A DNA stretch of 64,000 nt from an uncultured Anaerotignum sp. (GTDB taxonomy: Bacteria; Bacillota; Clostridia; Lachnospirales; Anaerotignaceae): assembly GCA_910578425.1 (NCBI GenBank), contig CAJTQX010000003.1, forward strand, positions 8,183 to 72,182, read 5' to 3'. This document shows, piece after piece, positions 18,064 to 28,706 of this stretch; position 1 is the first letter of the stretch, and every line of letters starts with the position of its first letter. A program made the translations under genes and the position numbers. Under the pieces are notes generated by a model. The model did no database searches and was not told the origin of the DNA. It saw only the letters and a list, made by a program, of their open reading frames with translations.

Positions 18064-19155
18064 ATGATTTCCAATCAGATTTTGCAGAGTACAATCGACG
18101 GGCTGAAAAATATCACGCGCAAGGAACTGAGCGTTGTGGAAAAGGAAGGAAAGGTGATTGCCACCACAGAGGAAAACATGATTGGACGCCAGATTGAAGC
18201 GGTGGAAAATTTTATCACCTCTCCCGCGGAAAGCCAGCTGATTTTAGGCTATCAATATTTCAAGATTTACGACAACGGCGTGCCGGAGTATGTGATACAG
18301 GTCAAGGGCGAGGACGAAGCCAGCTATCAGATCGGCAAGGTGGCGGCGTTCCAGATCCAGAGCCTTCTGGTGGCATATAAGGAGCGGTATGACAAGGATA
18401 ACTTTATCAAGAACCTCCTGCTGGACAACCTGCTTCTGGTGGATATTTACAGCCGCGCGAAAAAGCTGCATATTGAAAATAATGTACACCGCATTGTATA
18501 CCTGATTGAAACAAATATTGACAAGGAAATGAATGTAGTGGAAATTGTACGCGGCATTTTCCCGGCAAAAACAAAGGATTTTGTGACGGCGGTGGACGAA
18601 CACAGCATCATACTGGTGAAGGAGCTGCGCGAAAAAGAGCCTCTGGACGAAATCGACCGCATTGCGCGGGTGATAGAAGAAACGCTGAACGCGGAAACCA
18701 GCAGCCGCGTGTATATTTCCAGCGGTACCATCGTGAGCGACTTGAAGGATGTTTCGCGCTCTTATAAAGAGGCGAAAATGGCTCTGGAGGTCGGAAAGAT
18801 TTTTGAAACGGAAAAATTTATTGTCAATTATGAAAAGCTGGGCATCGGCCGGTTGATTTATCAGCTGCCCCTGCCGCTTTGCCGTATGTTCATTAAGGAA
18901 GTGCTGCATGGGCTGACAATGGACGATTTCGATGATGAAACGCTGGCAACGGTCAATAAATTTTTCGAGAATAACCTGAATGTTTCCGAAACCAGCCGCC
19001 AGCTGTATATTCATAGAAACACGCTCGTTTACCGGCTGGATAAGCTCCAGAAAATGACAGGGCTTGACCTGCGTAATTTCGATGACGCAATTATATTCAA
19101 GATTACGCTGATGGTCAGCAAGTACATGATGTATATGGATAAAATGGCATATTAA
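18064..19155 (+). CDS. CdaR/PucR family transcriptional regulator
   Basis: C-terminal HTH NLNVSETSRQLYIHRNTLVYRLDK. Confidence 0.9.
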   Translation: MISNQILQSTIDGLKNITRKELSVVEKEGKVIATTEENMIGRQIEAVENFITSPAESQLILGYQYFKIYDNGVPEYVIQVKGEDEASYQIGKVAAFQIQSLLVAYKERYDKDNFIKNLLLDNLLLVDIYSRAKKLHIENNVHRIVYLIETNIDKEMNVVEIVRGIFPAKTKDFVTAVDEHSIILVKELREKEPLDEIDRIARVIEETLNAETSSRVYISSGTIVSDLKDVSRSYKEAKMALEVGKIFETEKFIVNYEKLGIGRLIYQLPLPLCRMFIKEVLHGLTMDDFDDETLATVNKFFENNLNVSETSRQLYIHRNTLVYRLDKLQKMTGLDLRNFDDAIIFKITLMVSKYMMYMDKMAY

Positions 19156-19206
19156 AAACTCTCGGAACAGGGTTTCTAATGACAATTTAATTTGTCAATG
19201 TTTTCT

Positions 19207-19242
19207 AAAGGCGGGAATTAGGCTTGTTCCTGCCTTTTTTTT
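19207..19242 (+). terminator. Rho-independent terminator
   Basis: AAAGGCGGGAA..TTCCTGCCTTT followed by poly-T. Confidence 0.75.
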
Positions 19243-19372
19243 ATGCTATAATTTAGGATATGCTGTCCGAAAAGGACGAATTGCGTGTTTTTATAAAGGA
19301 AAAACTTTGGGAAATAGCCCTTATCCTGTTTTCTGCGAACGGCGTTGGCGGCAGAAAATATGGGAATGTTGT

Positions 19373-19462
19373 TCCAACCGCATGAAATGCGGTTGGAAAT
19401 AAAGTTCTTTGTCCAACTTTCTCGAAAGAAAGCTGGCAGGGTGCGGGACGGAGTCCCGCGGT
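19373..19462 (+). repeat. Divergent REP-like unit upstream of ftsE
   Basis: CCAACCGCATGAAATGCGGTTGG hairpin, AATAAAGTT, hairpin, GGGTGCGGGACGGAGTCCCGC. Confidence 0.7.
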
Positions 19463-19503
19463 TTTAAGTCTTATAAAGTTGAGCAAGAAAGGCAGATGCG
19501 TTT

Positions 19504-20190
19504 ATGATTCATCTCAATAACGTAACAAAAACATACCCGAATGGCTCGCGCGGTGTGGAGGATATCAGCCTGCATATCCAAAAAGGCGAGTTTGTGTTTA
19601 TCGTCGGCTCCAGCGGCTCGGGCAAATCGACACTGATTAAGCTGCTCCTGAAGGAGCTTGACCCGACATCCGGCGATATTATCATCAACCGTGTGAAAAC
19701 AAATGAATTGAGCCGGAACCAGATTCCCTACCTGCGCCGCAACCTCGGCGTTGTGTTTCAGGATTTCCGTCTGCTCCCCAATAAAACGGTATACGAAAAT
19801 GTGGCGTTTGCGATGCGCGTGATCGAAGCCCCCAGCCGTATTATCCGCAGAAATGTGCCCGCTGTGCTGGCATTGGTCGGGCTGGGCAAAAAAGGCCGCA
19901 GCTATCCGAACCAGCTTTCCGGCGGCGAACAGCAGAGGACCGCTCTGGCGCGGGCTATCGTCAATAACCCGCCGATACTCATTTGTGACGAGCCTACCGG
20001 CAACCTTGACCCGGAAACCGCCTGGGGCATTATGCAGCTTTTGGACGATATCAACAAACGGGGGACGACCATTGTTATGGCAACGCACGCCCGCGATATT
20101 GTGGACGATATGCAGAAACGCGTTGTGACGCTCCAGCACGGTCATATTGTGAGAGATATTAAAAAAGGTGGTTATAGCGATGAGGCCTAG
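19504..20190 (+). CDS. ftsE: Cell division ATP-binding protein FtsE
   Basis: [33 protein letters not shown]; precedes ftsX. Confidence 0.96.
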   Translation: MIHLNNVTKTYPNGSRGVEDISLHIQKGEFVFIVGSSGSGKSTLIKLLLKELDPTSGDIIINRVKTNELSRNQIPYLRRNLGVVFQDFRLLPNKTVYENVAFAMRVIEAPSRIIRRNVPAVLALVGLGKKGRSYPNQLSGGEQQRTALARAIVNNPPILICDEPTGNLDPETAWGIMQLLDDINKRGTTIVMATHARDIVDDMQKRVVTLQHGHIVRDIKKGGYSDEA

Positions 20191-21079
20191 TACAATCAGA
20201 TATTTTGTGAGAGAGGGGTTCAGCGGGCTGCGCAAAAACCTGCTGATGACGATGGCCTCTATGGTCGCCGTCGCAGCCTGCATTTCCATTCTGTCGTTTT
20301 CCTATTGCGTGGGTTCCAACTTGCAGTATATGCTGGACCAGATGGAGGATTCTATTGGGATTTCCGTTTTCCTGAACGGGGAACTGACGGGCGAAGAAAT
20401 TGAGAAGATGAAAAATCAAATCGGCAAGGTGGAGCATGTGGAGAACGTGGAATACATTTCCCCGGGGGACGCGCTCGATAATCTCAAAAAAGAATGGGGC
20501 GCGGACGAGGATATTTTTGTAGGGCTGGATGAAACGAACAATCCGCTTTCCCATTCCTTCCAGATTTCGCTGGACAGCATTGAAAGTCAGTCCAGCGTGC
20601 TGGATTCTCTGGAACGGATTGAGGGAATTGACAAAATCCGTCACGGGCAGACGGAAACAGAGGTATTGATGAAGGCGAATAACGTGTTCCGCATCGCCAG
20701 CGTGCTGGTCATGCTGGTGCTGGGCATGATATCTGTTATGATTATCATGAATACAATCCGTATTTCTGTTGTAAACCGGAGGGTGGAAATCAACATCATG
20801 AAATACGTTGGCGCGACGGACTGGTTCATCCGCTGGCCGTTCATCATTGAAGGAATTATTATCGGGCTTGTGGGGGCGTTCGTGCCGGTGATGCTGGGTA
20901 TGCCCATATATGCGCGGGTCATCAGCGCGATTTATAACTATATTCCGGTTATCAAGTTTATACAGTTCCGCCTGACGGGGAGCGTGTTCACATTCCTGAT
21001 GCCGGTGGCGTTGGTATTCGGCGTCGCGCTCGGTGTGGTCGGCAGTGTGACTTCTATCCGTAAGCATCTGCGTGTATAA
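20180..21079 (+). CDS. ftsX: Cell division permease FtsX
   Basis: Four TM segments, NTIRISV..RRVEINIMKYVGATDWFIRWPFIIEG. Confidence 0.96.
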   Translation: MRPSTIRYFVREGFSGLRKNLLMTMASMVAVAACISILSFSYCVGSNLQYMLDQMEDSIGISVFLNGELTGEEIEKMKNQIGKVEHVENVEYISPGDALDNLKKEWGADEDIFVGLDETNNPLSHSFQISLDSIESQSSVLDSLERIEGIDKIRHGQTETEVLMKANNVFRIASVLVMLVLGMISVMIIMNTIRISVVNRRVEINIMKYVGATDWFIRWPFIIEGIIIGLVGAFVPVMLGMPIYARVISAIYNYIPVIKFIQFRLTGSVFTFLMPVALVFGVALGVVGSVTSIRKHLRV

Positions 21080-21089
21080 GAACAGATTC

Positions 21090-21179
21090 CAGGTAGTGTT
21101 GCCATGAGTCATGTATATGTATTTTCGAGCATAATTTTGTTGGAAAGGCATATGCAGACACTTGTGACGACACTGCCTG
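21090..21179. mobile_element. MITE-like family B, copy 1
   Basis: TIRs CAGGTAGTGTTGCCA / TGACGACACTGCCTG with shared core TATTTTCGAGCATAATTTTG. Confidence 0.75.
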
Positions 21180-21248
21180 AAGTATTTTGGGGAACTATTC
21201 GGGGAAAGGAGGGTGTGCCCTCCCCTCCGGATAGTTCTTTCTTGTTAC

Positions 21249-21396
21249 AGTACTTTTGCCTGACAGGGGTATGGCCGAAAGCGTCTGTTTTGCGTTTCTG
21301 CTGTGCTGCTCCCGCTTGCTGTGACAACTGGCATGGCGCGCTCAGAAGCCTTGCATAAACGCAAAAGCGTGCATCCCCTTGTCAGGCGAAGGTACT
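21249..21396. repeat. Long imperfect inverted-repeat element
   Basis: AGTACTTTTGCCTGACAGGGGTATG ... CATCCCCTTGTCAGGCGAAGGTACT; inner arms TTTTGCGTTT/AAACGCAAAA. Confidence 0.65.
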
Positions 21397-21487
21397 CCTT
21401 ATCAAAAGAAGCCAAAGACGCCAGCTTTTGCATGGAAAGGCAGAGAAGGACATAGGATAAAGAAAAGTCTGTTGAAAGAATGAGGCG

Positions 21488-22693
21488 ATGGAATTGGGAA
21501 AAAAGGATTTTTGGAAAGGTTTTGGAACTGCTGCCGCGCTGACGGCGGCGGTCTGCATTGCATGGAAACCGGCATGCAGGGTGATACCCTGGGAGAGCCT
21601 GCCGTTTGGTTTGGAAATGCCCCGCTCGGCGAAAATCAGCATGGTAGAGGATTATCTGGAACGCTACTATGTGGAGGATGTAGAAAAAGAAAAGATTGAC
21701 GATATGCTTTATACGGGCATGATGGCAGGCGTGGGCGACCAGTATACATATTATATGACGGCGGACAGCCTGAACCGCTATATGGACGACAGCAACGGCC
21801 GGTTTGGCGGGATTGGAATTGAAGTCTCCCTGACACGCGATGGGGAAACGGTCGTCAGCCGCGTCAATGAGGGCGGTCCGGCGGAACGGGCAGGCATTTT
21901 ATCGGGGGATATTATCATAGGCGTAGACGGGGAGGATATGCGCGGCAGAACGCGGGAGGATATTGTCATACGCACACGCGGCGATATCGGAAAGCCGGTA
22001 AAGCTGAAGGTTTACCGGGAAAGCGATAATTCCACGCCGGAGTTTGAACTGGTGCGGGAAGAAATTGTTGTAAGAAGCGTTGAGAGCAGAATGCTGGAGG
22101 ACGGTATGGGCTATATCCTTATTACAGGGTTTAAGGAAAATACCTATGAGCAGTTCATGACGGCAATGGAGACACTCAGGGAGCAGGGCATGCGCGCGCT
22201 TGTGCTGGATTTACGGTACAATCCCGGCGGGTCAGTCAATACGGTTTACCAGATTGGGGAAGAACTTCTGCCAGAGGGAACGATGGTCTACACAGTGGAT
22301 AACAGGGAAAAAAGGCGGGACTATCTTTGTGATGGGGAATATGCTGACCTGCCGATGGTGGTGCTGGTGAATGGCAACAGTGCGAGCGCGTCGGAGATAC
22401 TTGCGGGGGCGATAAAAGACCGCGGCGTTGGCACGCTGATTGGTACGCAGACATTCGGCAAGGGTCTGGTGCAGCGGCTGTTCTTCCTGCCGGACGGATC
22501 CGGCCTGCATATCACGATACAGAAATATTATACGCCGAATGGCACGTCCATTCATGGCGTGGGCATTACGCCGGATGAGGTGGTAGAGCTGCCGGAGGAA
22601 TACGCGGAGGTATGGGAGGTGGCCGCCATTCCCGAGGCGGAGGATACCCAGCTGAAACGGGCGAAAGAGATACTGCAACAAGAGATGAGGTGA
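21488..22693 (+). CDS. S41 family C-terminal processing peptidase with PDZ domain
   Basis: GGIGI PDZ, DLRYNPGG, SASASEI, TFGKG, YYTPNG. Confidence 0.93.
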   Translation: MELGKKDFWKGFGTAAALTAAVCIAWKPACRVIPWESLPFGLEMPRSAKISMVEDYLERYYVEDVEKEKIDDMLYTGMMAGVGDQYTYYMTADSLNRYMDDSNGRFGGIGIEVSLTRDGETVVSRVNEGGPAERAGILSGDIIIGVDGEDMRGRTREDIVIRTRGDIGKPVKLKVYRESDNSTPEFELVREEIVVRSVESRMLEDGMGYILITGFKENTYEQFMTAMETLREQGMRALVLDLRYNPGGSVNTVYQIGEELLPEGTMVYTVDNREKRRDYLCDGEYADLPMVVLVNGNSASASEILAGAIKDRGVGTLIGTQTFGKGLVQRLFFLPDGSGLHITIQKYYTPNGTSIHGVGITPDEVVELPEEYAEVWEVAAIPEAEDTQLKRAKEILQQEMR

Positions 22694-23400
22694 CAGCTTT
22701 GGAGGTACAAAAGATAAGGATTGGCTCCATTCCCGCAATATTATGGGGAAAGGACAGCGACAGGATTGCGGTCGCTGTGCATGGGAGCCATTCCTCAAAA
22801 ATAGACGACTGCATTTGGGTTTTTGCAGAAGAAGCGGCAAAACGGGGCTGGCAGACGCTGAGCTTTGACCTGCCGCGGCATGGCGAGCGTGTGTATGAAA
22901 CAGAGCCCTGCATGGCAGATGCGTGCGTGGAGGAGCTGCGCGCGGTGATGGCATTTGTGCGTCAGCGTGCAAAAACGGTTTCAGTATTCGGGTGCAGCAT
23001 GGGCGCGTATTTCAGCCTGCTTGCCTGTGCGGAGGAAAAGCTGGAAAAGGTGTTTTTCCTTTCCCCTGTGACGGATATGGAGCGAATCATTCAGAATATC
23101 ATGCGCGCCTGCAATATTTCCGAGGAGGAACTTCGGGAGCGGCAGGTCGTGGAAAATCCGATTGAAACGCTCTACTGGGACTATTATGTTTATGTGAAGG
23201 AGCACGCTGTGGAAAAATGGACTCATAAGACGGAAATCCTTCGCGGGGAAACAGATACGCTGTGTGAAAGAGATGTAATAAAGACGTTTGCGGCACGCTT
23301 CGGCTGTGGGCTGGAAGAACAGCAGGGCGGAGAGCATTGGTTCCATACGGAAAGCCAGCTTGCGTATTTCAGGGAATGGCTGGGACGCGTCTGGGAGTAA
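22690..23400 (+). CDS. Alpha/beta hydrolase
   Basis: VHG, FDLPRHG, GCSMG nucleophile elbow, EHWFH; GTG start overlapping upstream stop. Confidence 0.85.
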   Translation: MTALEVQKIRIGSIPAILWGKDSDRIAVAVHGSHSSKIDDCIWVFAEEAAKRGWQTLSFDLPRHGERVYETEPCMADACVEELRAVMAFVRQRAKTVSVFGCSMGAYFSLLACAEEKLEKVFFLSPVTDMERIIQNIMRACNISEEELRERQVVENPIETLYWDYYVYVKEHAVEKWTHKTEILRGETDTLCERDVIKTFAARFGCGLEEQQGGEHWFHTESQLAYFREWLGRVWE

Positions 23401-23419
23401 AAGAAAAGAAAACAAAATC

Positions 23420-23460
23420 AAAACAGCAGGACTTTTGGATATACCATGCCTGCTGTTTTT
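23420..23460. terminator. Bidirectional terminator between convergent genes
   Basis: AAAACAGCAGG ... CCTGCTGTTTT. Confidence 0.65.
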
Positions 23461-23479
23461 GTTTTCCGCAGTATGCTGT

Positions 23480-24220
23480 TTAATGGTAATACACTTCCTG
23501 CAGGCAAAGGCCGTGGCCTGGGGCAGTAAAGCCCGCCGCTTCTCTGCTTTTTGCCTGTAGGACTGCGGGCATATCCTCCGGCTGCCGCTTGCCTTCGCCG
23601 ACTTCGATCAATGTGCCGGTCAGGATACGAACCATTTGGTATAAAAAGCCGTTCCCGGTAAAATGGATTTCTGTTTTTTTGCCGTCATGCAGGAATCGGA
23701 TTGCATCAATCCGGCGGACGGTCGTTTTTTTCATGCGTTTGTTGGCGCAGAAGGTTTTGAAATCCTGTTCTCCAAGAAACGCCTTTGCCGCTTTCTCCAT
23801 CTTTTCCCAGTCCAGCGGCTTTTTGCACCAAAAGGCGTACTTCCGCAGGAAAACAGGCGGCTGTTCGCTGTTCCAGATGGTATAGACATATGTTTTGGCT
23901 TTGGCGTTCAGGCGGCTGTGGAACCGCGGCGGAACTTCTGCAATGGAAAGACCTGCAATATCCTCCGGCAGGCGGCTGTTGAGCGTGGAAAGCAGTTTTT
24001 CCGGCGTTTCCTGCCAGTCAATATGAAAATTGATTACCTGCCCTGTGGCGTGCGTGCCCGCGTCTGTTCTGCCAGAGCCGAAAACCTCCGTTTCCGTTCC
24101 CGCGATTTCAGAAACAACGCGCTCCAGACGCGCCTGTATAGTGTTTTCTGTGTTCCCCTGCTTTTGCCAGCCGTTGTAACGGCCGCCATCGTAAGCCAGA
24201 ATGACTTTATAATTTTTCAT
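23480..24220 (-). CDS. truA: tRNA pseudouridine(38-40) synthase TruA
   Basis: YDGGRYNGWQKQ, GSGRTDAGTHA, GNGFLYQMVR. Confidence 0.95.
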   Translation of the reverse strand: MKNYKVILAYDGGRYNGWQKQGNTENTIQARLERVVSEIAGTETEVFGSGRTDAGTHATGQVINFHIDWQETPEKLLSTLNSRLPEDIAGLSIAEVPPRFHSRLNAKAKTYVYTIWNSEQPPVFLRKYAFWCKKPLDWEKMEKAAKAFLGEQDFKTFCANKRMKKTTVRRIDAIRFLHDGKKTEIHFTGNGFLYQMVRILTGTLIEVGEGKRQPEDMPAVLQAKSREAAGFTAPGHGLCLQEVYYH

Positions 24221-24233
24221 GAATGCATTCCCC

Positions 24234-25874
24234 TTACTGTTGCAGCGCGTTTAATATGCGCGGCACAAACTGCTTTTTGCGCGAAACCATGCCCGGCAGA
24301 TAAATCCAGTGCTCCTTTGCGGGGCCGAACGCGTTTTCAACAACCTCTTTCGCGCCTTCTCCGGCAAACACCAGCTCGGAGGATTCTGTCAGGATATTTG
24401 TCAGCAGGAAGAAATAAATATCCTTGCCGCCGCTTGCGGTGCTTTCCATGAATGCCGCGATTTTGGGGCGAAGCTGCTGCAATTCTTCTTTATCCATAGA
24501 AGAAATCTGTCCCACGCCAAAATTTATGCCGCTTCCGTTGAATTTCTTGAAATCCTGATAGAAAATTTCTTCCGGCGTTTTATCGGAAAGGCTGCTGCCC
24601 GCGCGGAACATTTTTTCCGCATGGTCCTCTATCTCGATTCCGGCAATTTTCGCCAGTGCTTCCGCCGCCTTTTTATCCTTTTCTGTGCAGGTGGGGGAAC
24701 GGAACATCAGCGTATCCGAAAGGATGGCGGAGCAGAGCAGGCCGGCGATCTTCGGTTCGATTTCTACGCCGTTTTCCAGATACAGTCCGTAAACGATGGT
24801 TGCGGTGCAGCCGACAGGCTGGTTGCGGAAATAAACGGGCAGTGTGGTTTCCAGCGTACCAAGGCGGTGATGGTCAATGATTTCCAGAATCTCCGCTTCT
24901 TCAATGCCGTCCACAGCCTGCGATTTTTCATTGTGGTCAACCATGATGATTTTCTTGTTATCCATCTCCAAAAGGGAGCGGCGGGAAAGCATGCCGTAAT
25001 ACCGCCCTTCCGTATCCAGCACAGGAAAATCCCTGTGGCGTATTTTTGCCAGCGCGCTGCGGATATCGCTGATGAAATCTTCCTGATTGAATGTAATGAG
25101 GTTTTCCTTCCGCATGAAATAGCCGACAGGCGTGCTCTGGCTGATAAGCCTTGCCGCCATGTATGTATCATGCGGTGTGCTGATAATTTTGCAGTTATTT
25201 TCCCGCGCCAGCTTTTGTATGGTTTTGGAAATTGGCGCGCCCATGCAGACAACAATGCAGCCCGCGTTCATTTCGATGCCGCAGAGCTGGTTTTCAAAGC
25301 GGTTGCCCGTCAGAAGGATATCGCCTTCCTCTACAAAGTTTTCCAGAAGATCGGGATTTGCCGCGCCGATGAGAATTTTCCCCTTTGTAATTTCTTCGTC
25401 CGGATCGCCAATGATCATTTCTGCATCCAGTGTGTCCAGTATGTTTGCGTATTTTGTGCGGGACATTCCCAGTATCCTTGTTTCGTAAATGTCCATATTT
25501 GCTGTGGCAATGTCCTTGACGGAAATAATGCCCTGCAAACGTCCATCCTCCTGCACAACGGGCATTGTAGCCTCGTTCAGATCACGCATGGTGTTCCAGG
25601 CGTTTTTCAGAGAAATATCGCGCGTCAGCACAGGTGTGCGTTTGATTGTCACGTCCTTAACCTGTGTCCCGACATGGCTGATAAACTCCGGCGCGTCCAC
25701 ACCGAAGAAATCCAGCACATATTTTGTTTCGTTATTGATTTCGCCCGCGCGCTTTGGCAGGAAGGATGCTTCTTCCGTTTTGTTTTTCAAATCTGCATAG
25801 GCTATTGCGGAGCAGATGGAATCTGTATCCGGATTTTTATGTCCAATGACAAAGACCTGTTTTTCTTTCAGCAT
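24234..25874 (-). CDS. ppaC: Mn-dependent family II inorganic pyrophosphatase with CBS and DRTGG domains
   Basis: GHKNPDTDS, VDHNE, IDHHR, SDTL, SRKKQ. Confidence 0.93.
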   Translation of the reverse strand: MLKEKQVFVIGHKNPDTDSICSAIAYADLKNKTEEASFLPKRAGEINNETKYVLDFFGVDAPEFISHVGTQVKDVTIKRTPVLTRDISLKNAWNTMRDLNEATMPVVQEDGRLQGIISVKDIATANMDIYETRILGMSRTKYANILDTLDAEMIIGDPDEEITKGKILIGAANPDLLENFVEEGDILLTGNRFENQLCGIEMNAGCIVVCMGAPISKTIQKLARENNCKIISTPHDTYMAARLISQSTPVGYFMRKENLITFNQEDFISDIRSALAKIRHRDFPVLDTEGRYYGMLSRRSLLEMDNKKIIMVDHNEKSQAVDGIEEAEILEIIDHHRLGTLETTLPVYFRNQPVGCTATIVYGLYLENGVEIEPKIAGLLCSAILSDTLMFRSPTCTEKDKKAAEALAKIAGIEIEDHAEKMFRAGSSLSDKTPEEIFYQDFKKFNGSGINFGVGQISSMDKEELQQLRPKIAAFMESTASGGKDIYFFLLTNILTESSELVFAGEGAKEVVENAFGPAKEHWIYLPGMVSRKKQFVPRILNALQQ

Positions 25875-26186
25875 ATATCCTCTCTCCTTTATGGGTGATG
25901 CCAAAAGCGTCTGGATTTAGGCAGCCTTTGGTATTCTTTATAATAATATATCGTCCGTTTTCTTGCAAGTATACCGTTTCCTTTTCGTTTCGTCAACTTG
26001 CTGCCGGTAATTTAAGTAAAATCCGTCATTTTTGCCTGACGAAAAACGCCTAAAAGTGTCTGAATTATCAAAATAAAGCACAAAACAAGTATAATCAGTA
26101 TGACGATATGGTCTGTATGATACGGATACATAAATGAAGGCGGACGTTAAACTGCACAAACATATAAAACAAAAGGAGGAATTTTC

Positions 26187-27365
26187 ATGCAGGGCTTTAC
26201 AGAAAAAATCAATGCGTTTATCGACAGCAAAAAAGAGGAATTTTTTGCGGCTTACAGGGACATCATCAATCTGGAAAGCTACCACAGCGACCTTGACGCT
26301 TTGGCAAAGCTGGCAGAACGGCTTAAGGCGGAATTTGAAGCGGAAGGTTTTCAATGCAGGCTGATCCCCGTCGGGCCGAACAACGGCGCGGTGCTCAGCG
26401 GTATTCTGGGGGCAGACCGCCCGGGAAAACCGATTCTGTTCAGCGGGCATATGGATACCGTACATCCTACGGGGAAATTTGGTGAAAACCCCTTCCGTAT
26501 GGAGGATGGCAGGGTTTACGGTCCCGGCGTATTGGATATGAAAGGCGGTATCGTCATTTCGTTGTTTGTCGTGAAGGCTTTGAACGCGCTTGGTTTCGAT
26601 TCGCACCCCATCAAAATCCTTTACTGCGGCGATGAGGAAATTCTTCACCAGAACGGAGCGAAAACGTCAGAGGTGCTGATGGAAGAAGCGAAGGGCTGCC
26701 TTTGTGCGTTCAATATGGAAACAGGGCTTTTGGACAACAGCATCTGCGTTGCAAGGAACGGCAAGACAGAGGTTACAGTTTCTGTGGAAGGGGTATCCGC
26801 GCACGCCGGCAATGATTTTGCTTCTGGCCGAAACGCCATTGTGGAAATGATGAAAAAACTGGATATTATCCAGACGTTTACGGATTTGGAGCACAAAATG
26901 ACCGTCAATATTGGCACAATACATGGCGGCACAGCTTCCGGTTCCGTTCCTGCGCACTGCGAAGCGAAGATAGACCTGCGCGCTTCCCGCGTGGCGGATA
27001 TGGAAATGCTGAAAAAGAAAATCAAGGAAGTGCTTGCAAAGACATTCATCGAAGGGACGACAACAATGTTCAGCTATACGCAGGAAATGCTGCCGTTTGA
27101 AACTACGGAGGATACCATGAAGCTGTATCAGTTTGTGCATGATACCGCGCTGAAATATGGCTTCGGCGAGATGCCCTGCATCAGGCTGGGCGGGTCTTCT
27201 GACGCGTCTTATCTGACGATTGCGGGTATCCCTACCGTCTGCTCCTGCGGCGTGCGCGGGCAGTGGAACCATACTGACAAGGAATATGCTCTTGCAGACA
27301 GTATGCTGGAGCGTGCGAAGCTCTGGGCGAACGTTGTCGCCGAGCTTGGGGAAAAGAAGGCATAA
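26187..27365 (+). CDS. M20 family metallopeptidase (carboxypeptidase G2-like)
   Basis: GHMDTV, GPGVLDMKGG, GDEE, GGSSDA, HTDKE. Confidence 0.9.
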   Translation: MQGFTEKINAFIDSKKEEFFAAYRDIINLESYHSDLDALAKLAERLKAEFEAEGFQCRLIPVGPNNGAVLSGILGADRPGKPILFSGHMDTVHPTGKFGENPFRMEDGRVYGPGVLDMKGGIVISLFVVKALNALGFDSHPIKILYCGDEEILHQNGAKTSEVLMEEAKGCLCAFNMETGLLDNSICVARNGKTEVTVSVEGVSAHAGNDFASGRNAIVEMMKKLDIIQTFTDLEHKMTVNIGTIHGGTASGSVPAHCEAKIDLRASRVADMEMLKKKIKEVLAKTFIEGTTTMFSYTQEMLPFETTEDTMKLYQFVHDTALKYGFGEMPCIRLGGSSDASYLTIAGIPTVCSCGVRGQWNHTDKEYALADSMLERAKLWANVVAELGEKKA

Positions 27366-27367
27366 AA

Positions 27368-27586
27368 GACAAAGGATAAAAGACCCTGGGGCTCTGCCCC
27401 GGTCCCCGCAGGGGACGTTGTCCTCTGACCCTTTTTCCGCCGCATTATATGCGGCGGGAGGGGGACGATTCCAGTTGTTCCGATGAATAACACAAAGAAT
27501 AAAGATTCTGGGGCTCAGCCCCGGTCCCCGCAGGGGACGATGTCCCCTGACCTTTTTTCCGCCGCATTATATGCGGCGGGAGGGGA
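27368..27586. repeat. Tandem pair of REP-like units (period about 122 bp)
   Basis: Two near-identical GGGGCTC(T/A)GCCCCGGTCCCCGCAGGGGACG..TGACC..CCGCCGCATTATATGCGGCGGGAGGGG. Confidence 0.85.
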
Positions 27587-27610
27587 GAGATCTGCCTTGG
27601 AGGGGAAAGC

Positions 27611-27652
27611 AAAAAAAGGTCATGGGGCAATGGTGAAGCCCCATGATCTTTT
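27611..27652. terminator. Bidirectional terminator
   Basis: AAAAGGTCATGGGGC..GCCCCATGATCTTTT. Confidence 0.7.
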
Positions 27653-28706
27653 ATATATTCTCCCGTATCCGTTTTGCGAACGCCGCGGCGCGTTCCTGTA
27701 TCCCTTCCACGTTTTGTATGCTCAGCGGGTCATTTGCCGTTTCCACCATAGCGAAGCCCGGCGGCAGACGGAAGGTTTTATTCATACTCAGGGCACTGAT
27801 GACCTGTTCCGCTACAATATCCCCGCCGCTGTACCCCGAAACCACGACCGCGAACACATTTTTTTCATAAAATGCGGTTTTGCGGAAGAGTGCGGTCAGA
27901 CGGTTGACAAAGGCGGTAAGGTTCGCGCTCAGCGCGTCATTGTAATTCGGGCAGAGCAGGACGAGCGCGTCGCACGCCTGTATAGCAGGATAGACCTGTT
28001 CTACGATGACCCCGCCATAATAACAACTGGATTTTTCGCTGAAATGCATACACATATGATACGGACAGCCGCCGCAGTCCTGTATTGTGCCGTTGCGCAG
28101 GGAAATTTCCGTAATTTCGCAGTCTGCAAGCCCTTCTTTTACCATGCCCCAGAGTGCGACTGTATTCGAGGTCTTGAAATTGCTGGCGTGGAGTACAAGG
28201 ATATTCGGGCGTTTCTTCGGCTTAACCTGATAGCTTGTGACACGCTCCAGCATTTCTGCCGCTGCAATATGGTATGCCGAAAGATTATCCGTTTCCAGCT
28301 TCATCGCCTGTATGTTGAAATTCTGCAAAGAAACCGTTCCTTCTACCATCGCGCGCCCCGGGAACGCACAGCCTGCCTGATTGGCGGCAAACATCAGCTC
28401 CCGCGAAACTGCCTTTGTATACAGCTCACTTTCTCCGTCTACAATGATTCCGCCGACACAGCCTGTCAGCATATCCGGCTGTGTCCGCAGGTTTTTCAGA
28501 AACCGGCAGTATTCCAGATTGATGCCCGATATGCCAAGCGGTACGGCAAAGAGGACCGTCCCGCCCTGTATGGGTGTGAAATCCTCCGCGTAACGCATGA
28601 CTGTGCAGTCATATTCGGCCAGAATGTCCCGCAGTACGCCGTTCAGACGTTCCGTCCGTTTTGCGTCCTCGCAATGGGGATAAATAAGCGTCAGCTTTTT
28701 TTTCAT
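27651..28706 (-). CDS. Tandem flavodoxin-like / iron-sulfur flavoprotein family NAD(P)H oxidoreductase
   Basis: Two FMN-reductase-like halves; C-terminal half with SNT, CGGCPYHMC..SSC, PNYN. Confidence 0.75.
   Translation of the reverse strand: MKKKLTLIYPHCEDAKRTERLNGVLRDILAEYDCTVMRYAEDFTPIQGGTVLFAVPLGISGINLEYCRFLKNLRTQPDMLTGCVGGIIVDGESELYTKAVSRELMFAANQAGCAFPGRAMVEGTVSLQNFNIQAMKLETDNLSAYHIAAAEMLERVTSYQVKPKKRPNILVLHASNFKTSNTVALWGMVKEGLADCEITEISLRNGTIQDCGGCPYHMCMHFSEKSSCYYGGVIVEQVYPAIQACDALVLLCPNYNDALSANLTAFVNRLTALFRKTAFYEKNVFAVVVSGYSGGDIVAEQVISALSMNKTFRLPPGFAMVETANDPLSIQNVEGIQERAAAFAKRIRENI

Noticed and set aside
24309..25898. 529-aa plus-strand ORF
   Set aside because: Antisense shadow of ppaC
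27368..27586. Direct repeats that could suggest a CRISPR array
   Set aside because: Only two ~90-bp GC-rich units matching the REP-like family; no regular repeat-spacer pattern and no cas genes
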